A stretch of DNA of 36,214 bases from Octopus bimaculoides (lineage: Eukaryota), in NCBI RefSeq assembly GCF_001194135.2, contig NC_068997.1, positions 22,841,785 through 22,877,998 on the forward strand, written 5' to 3'. The notes under the pieces are model-generated. The model saw only the letters and a program-made list of their open reading frames with translations, did no database searches and was not told the DNA's origin. This document shows positions 31,473 through 36,214 of this stretch, one piece after another (positions within the stretch are counted from its first letter, which is position 1; each line of letters begins with the position of its first letter). Both the position numbers and the translations under genes were made by a program.

Positions 31473-32300
31473 CGTGGTCTGATCAATAAGTATCATGACT
31501 GTTGCACAGGTTTACTTTGATATATGTTGTGCATGCGTACTAAGTATTAACGTTCTGGCTCACTTCTACTGTTTACAGCAGTGCTTGGAAGGAAGGTGTG
31601 TAACGTGTGATCGTCGTATTGAACATGACAGACAAGGTTGAGCAGAGAATCTACATCAAATTTTACGAAATTCTTGGCGCTACCTGCTCAGAGGCCTACG
31701 CAAAGTTTCCAAAAATTTCTAATCGTTCTCGACACAATCAAGGAAATCTTGTGCAACTTAAACCCGAGTGTCTTTTTAGTCAGCTGAAAGCAGTTTTGGT
31801 ACACACTTGGCAGACACGCGTCTCATACCCAAATCTTCAATGATAATGAACTGAACTGAACCGTAACTAATCTGCACATCCTCTGATAACTCGCGCATGG
31901 TGATTCGACGATTTGCTCTCGTACCTGACGCACACCTGCGATATTTTTCTCAGTTCTGCTGGTTGCGGGTCTCCTGGAATGTTTGTCAATATCGACATTT
32001 TCGGCCATTTTGGAAACGTCTGAGCGACTCATACACTTGTGTGCGGCTCATACACTCCTCTCCATACACTTTCTGCAACTTTGCGTCAGCCTCTGAGTAG
32101 GTTTCACCGTGACAACTTTCTCTGTCAAGGTCAATGCGACGATCACTCGCTACACAGTTACTTCCAAGCACTACTGTAGACAAAAGTGAGCTAGAACGTT
32201 AAAACCTAGTGCAAGGTCAATCTTTGCCAAGCGACTTTACTCTGCGTTTTTTAGTTTCATTACTATAGCCACAGTCCGGATACTTATTGATCAAACCACG
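31473..32300. mobile_element. Mariner-derived non-autonomous element made of two inverted 5' ends
   Basis: Terminal inverted repeats 31472-31502 / 32271-32301 match 28/31, with TA on the right flank. Plus strand: MTDKVEQRIYIKFYEILGATCSEAYAK from 31625. Minus strand: GETYSEADAKLQKVYGEECMSRTQVYE..RRFQNGR, HSRRPATSRT, DLGMRRVSAKCVPKLLS. Confidence 0.85.
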
Positions 32301-33601
32301 TATGTCATAAAGTTTTAATTAAAACATACACATACATACATACACACATACACATACAAATATGTACGTATAGATATATGCAAACACTCTAGTATATTGT
32401 CTGATGGAGAGCTTGTTCTTTGGTGGTGGGCGAAATAGTAGAGAAGTGGTGAAAAAATGCTCGGGAGCTATAATTCAAACCATAAAGAATGGAAAAGAAA
32501 TGCTAAAAACAAACTTATTCTAAATGTTTAAAATATGATTTGTTGCATAGGCATGGAGGCCAGAACATGAAAAATGATGTTGTTACGAGTACAGTGAAAA
32601 AGTGGCGACAAGAAACAACAACAACAACAACTAAAATAACACAATAACACAATAAATTACGATCATGGTTTTTATTGTCCGAGCATATTTGTCTTAATTT
32701 TCCAAGGACTTAAAGCATATGGTTCTTCACTATTTCAAAGGTATAAACGGAGCGGGATGGAATAGAATAGTGTAGGATGTGGCAGGAAAGCCCGAGGCTT
32801 GTTTGGCGTGACGGGTTAAACAGAGGAGGGCAAAACAAGACGGAGAGCTAAACAGATTAAGACAGAGCAATTTATTAAAAAAAACGTGAACACGAAACAA
32901 AACAATGAAACGGAACAGAAGTGAAGTGATTTGATAGCTACATAGAAAAAAACAAAAACGTCAAACGAATCAATGTAAATATTTCATCTTTAATGGTGTT
33001 GTAATGTTGTTGTTACAACGTTGTTAAATTTGTCATTGTTATATATCAAAATATCAAACAGATTATATTTTTCAACGGGGACATCAATATTTTATCCGTT
33101 CTTGGTTGTTCTCCCCCACCCCCACATCGTTCCCGCTTCAACCGACCTACCAACCAACCAACTTAGCAACAATTCACTCATCACCACCCAACCAGCCAGC
33201 CAGACAACCAGCCAACCAGTTAGTTAACGATTTTGTCACTCGCCTGGTACAGCTGAGACATAAATTATTACTTCTTTACTAGACAACCGCAGCTCCCTTT
33301 GAATCAAATTGGTTGTTGGGTTTGCTAGAAATAAAGGCCGGATCTACTTAAAATTACACGTATGAGTTTCAAACTGATAGGATTATACTGGGTAATGAAG
33401 ACCTCCTGAATATACTGCGTCTGAAAATTAGACGGGATAGTCATGATTGGAAGGCCATTTGAAGTAGGTGACTCAGCCTGAGATAAAGACTTGTGATTAA
33501 ATAACATCTACAGCAATAACATTAATCATAAAATCGTTCTAAGATCCTCGACCATCAGAATGAGCACCAACCACAGCAGTATGATAATCACCATCATTAC
33601 A

Positions 33602-33982
33602 TGTTGTTGGCACTCCGTCGCTTACGACGACGAGGGTTCCAGTTGATCCGATCAACGGAACAGCCTGCTCGTGAAATTAATGTTTAAGTGGCTCAGCACT
33701 CCACAGACACGTGTACCCTTAACGTAGTTCCCGGGGACATTCATCGTGACACAGAGTGTGACAAGGCTGACCCTTTGAATTACAGGCACAACAGAAACAG
33801 GAAGAGTGAGAGAAAGCTGTGGTGAAGGAGTACAGCAGGGTTCGCCATCATCCCCTGCCGGAGCCTCGTGGAGCTTTAGGTGTTTTCGCTCAATAAACAC
33901 TCAAAACGCCCGGTCTGGGAATCGAAACCGCGAACCTATGACCGCGAGTCCGCTGCCCTAACCACTGGGCTATTGCGCCTCC
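33602..33982 (-). mobile_element. tRNA(Arg)-like-headed SINE family E, full-length with TSD (resembles octopus OR-type SINEs)
   Basis: Minus strand A box TAGCCCAGTGG (33962-33972) and B box GTTTCGATTCC (33918-33928); (CAA) tail; flanking direct repeat CACCATCAT at 33589-33597 and 33984-33992. Confidence 0.85.
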
Positions 33983-34179
33983 ACACCATCATAGCATAAC
34001 CCCACGGTTATTAGCGTCGTCACCACTTGAACCACAGCCCAGTCCATCACCAGTGACAACAACAACAGCCAATGAGGGAAGTTCTTCAGGGAAGAAATCG
34101 CAGCCGAATCCCCCTCTTAATCCGAAACCTACTGGCTTTAAAATGGAATACCATTGGAAGTTTTAGTCGTAGCCCCTCT

Positions 34180-34340
34180 ACATGTAAATAGCGGAATGGT
34201 CACAGCTAGAACGCCTTTATTTATAAGTCTGCTTGACCATGGCTGACCAAGGGTGAAACAAGAACAACAATAACTACTTGTCGTAAAGAAGGAACCTCTA
34301 TGAGGGTAATCGATTTGTTAAAAATGGCAGTTAAATGTCT
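34180..34340. mobile_element. Old decayed repeat family D copy, inverted relative to 9640-9820
   Basis: GGAATGGTCACAGCTAGAA (34193), GGCTGACCAAGGG plus (AAC)n; further partial copies at ~34400-34440 and ~34556-34610. Confidence 0.5.
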
Positions 34341-34894
34341 TGCAAGTAAAACTTTGCTCTTCTTGAAAACGACAATCTAGTTTGGATAAGTAAAAAAGGC
34401 TGGATGGTCACGGCTGGATCTTCTTTGATCCTACGACTCCCGAAGAGCGGCAGACTTGGGATGAGGTGCAGTGGGAGCTAACAAGAAAAACAACAACAAC
34501 AACAACACTAATATCGCCTTATTAACCAATATGATCTAAAAAAAAATTTGAAATTGGAATGGTCATAGCTAGGACGCTGTTCTCTATCATAAATCTTACT
34601 TGATCCTCACCAAGAACTTCTACACCAACACCACCACCAGCCATAGCAGCAACTAACTATCACCACCACCTCTTACTACTGCCGCCACAGTCACCACCAT
34701 CTCCATCGCTACCAACAAGACCGTAGCCGCCATTTATTCTCTTTCAGACAAACATCTGTTTATTTAATGTCATTATATGTTATTGCTAGAGATATTTATT
34801 TGTTTTGGTTGTTGATATAGTTGTGGTTTTTGCTATTGCTGTTGTTGTTGTTGTTGTTGTTGTTGGTTATTAATTTATTTTTTTACGTGTTGTT

Positions 34895-35160
34895 GTTTAA
34901 CACCAGGTCAGCTCTGATCCTGTATACTTGTGACGAAAGGGCTATTATTTTTTCCCCCTTTCCTCCTCTCCTGCTTTTTTTTTTCTTGAGTCATTAGTAA
35001 CCCGAGACTATATCATTCAATGTGTCCATTTCGCTACTTCTTTCCATCTCTACTTCTCTCTCTCTGGCTTTCTAACTTTTTTTCTTTCCTTTGTTATCTT
35101 GGTTTCAAAGACTGTAGCGTCTGTGACTTGACTAAGATTTCCTTGCTATTTCTAGTAAAC
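34895..35160. mobile_element. Old decayed repeat family D copy
   Basis: (GTT)n then AACACCAGGTCAGCTCTGATC (~34898); AAGATTTCCTTGCTATTTCTAG (35134). Confidence 0.45.
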
Positions 35161-35339
35161 AGCTCAACCGTGTAAGGGCACCCTCCCACCTGTTTACTCT
35201 GCAGTCAGCCCTGGGAGCCGCTGTTACCTTTCAGATCTTTAAATATCGACAAAATAACGTTTTAATACTGAGAGATGAAATGCTGGAATGACTTTGAGCA
35301 TAGTACGAATCACGGATGTATTTTTTCCATTTCTCTTCT

Positions 35340-35400
35340 TTCTGTGTTCAAATCCCACAGAGATCATCTTGGGTTTTTTATCCTTTCGGAATAAATAAGA
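35340..35400 (+). mobile_element. Degenerate SINE family B fragment
   Basis: CTGTGTTCAAATCCCACAGAGATCATCTTGGGTTTTTTATCCTTTCGGAATAAATAAG resembles GAGTTCAAATTCCGCCGAGGTCGAC...TCATCCTTTCGGGGTCGATAAAT. Confidence 0.5.
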
Positions 35401-35899
35401 TGGAGCACTACGTCAACATTGTGCCATGACGCAATTTTAAGATAATTGGTACTAGATGTTTTAGCAGTATTTCTCCGGCATTTTGCCCTCTAAGTTCTTG
35501 ATTTGAAACCAAGCCGCCAACCAGTTCAACATCACAAGTTACTTCTTGAGTAATTTTGGCGAATTCACTCTATTGCACATACTGAAGACCGATTTTTTGC
35601 CTTGAGAATCCCCTAGTCGTTTAAAGGTACTTTCTCCCGGTTAGTCTGTTGGATATGTTGAAAACGCTGAAGCTTACGGGTGTCGTACTTCCTCCATTAC
35701 ACTAGATGATAAAAATAATGTCGAGTTCCCTATGTTGGCTCTTTAGCTGTTGTTAGCTATTATTTGCCTTTACAAATGTTGTATCGAGTATTAGTCTTCG
35801 ATATGAGGTTCGCTCCTGAGAAAATCCTTAAGAATATTTTGTGAAGTCCAGACGTAATCGTCAGAAAATCGTTGTTTTTGGTGTCTGCTAAACCAAGTT

Positions 35900-36075
35900 T
35901 CATCGTTATTTTCATCATTACATTCATCATCATCAATACAGTCTCCATCATCATCATAGCCATCATCATTATCATCATCGTCGTTGTCATCATCAACGTC
36001 GTCGTCATCATCGTCGTTGTCATCGTCTTCGTTATCCTCATCATGATCATCCCCATCTTTATCACCAGTACTACC
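35900..36075. repeat. Degenerate (CAT/CGT)n trinucleotide repeat
   Basis: Directly visible; source of the Met/Thr-rich ORF 35760-36077. Confidence 0.9.
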
Positions 36076-36105
36076 ACAGTTCTCCTCCTCCTCCTACTCC
36101 TCCTC

Positions 36106-36214
36106 CTCTTCCTCCTCCTGCTCTTCCTCCTCCTGATCTTCCTCCTCCTGCTCTTCCTCCTCCTGCTCTTCCTCCTCCTGCTCTTCCTCCTCCTGCTCTT
36201 CCTCCTCCTGCTCT
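36106..36214. repeat. 15-bp minisatellite (CTCTTCCTCCTCCTG)n, 7 units plus a partial, preceded by (CTC)n; runs off the window end
   Basis: Units start at 36106, 36121, 36136 (one C>A change), 36151, 36166, 36181, 36196. Confidence 0.95.

Noticed and set aside
33905-33982. tRNA gene
   Set aside because: A and B boxes are present but there is no convincing acceptor stem, and the sequence continues into a SINE body with tail and TSD. The same applies to the family A and B heads.
35760-36077. Met/Thr-rich 105-aa ORF
   Set aside because: Another frame of the same (CAT)n repeat; no recognisable domain.
35791-36214. Acidic Glu/Asp-rich protein on the minus strand (EEEENCGSTGDKDGDD...SEPHIED)
   Set aside because: The frame is open mainly because GAT/GAG repeats rarely give stops; an in-frame TAG at 36094-36096 interrupts it, and there is no start codon or polypyrimidine acceptor.

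Overview
Eukaryotic, AT-rich, repeat-saturated genomic DNA from a short-read draft assembly: 16 N-gaps, about 6.8 kb or ~19% of the window, most bordered by simple repeats. The SINE families, the extreme microsatellite load and the TTAGGG motif point to an octopus (coleoid cephalopod) genome; this is an inference, not a database result. I recognise no intact host protein-coding gene, rRNA, true tRNA or CRISPR array. Nearly all ORFs in the supplied track are microsatellite or N-gap read-through. What the sequence supports: (i) at least three tRNA-derived SINE families plus an older decayed repeat family; (ii) three decayed Tc1/mariner elements (one split by a SINE, one carrying a nested hAT MITE, one built from two inverted 5' ends); (iii) hAT MITEs and a hAT transposase C-terminal remnant; (iv) a 3' fragment of a restriction-like-endonuclease (R4/Dong-type) LINE whose 3' tail resembles the tail of the commonest SINE; (v) a two-finger C2H2 fragment embedded in (TATG)n; (vi) repeats carrying minimal hammerhead-ribozyme-like motifs; (vii) a palindromic telomere-motif tract at position 1. 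The best leads are the putative SINE/RLE-LINE partnership, the variant hammerhead-like motifs and the 5'-5' mariner derivative. All are hypotheses needing consensus building.
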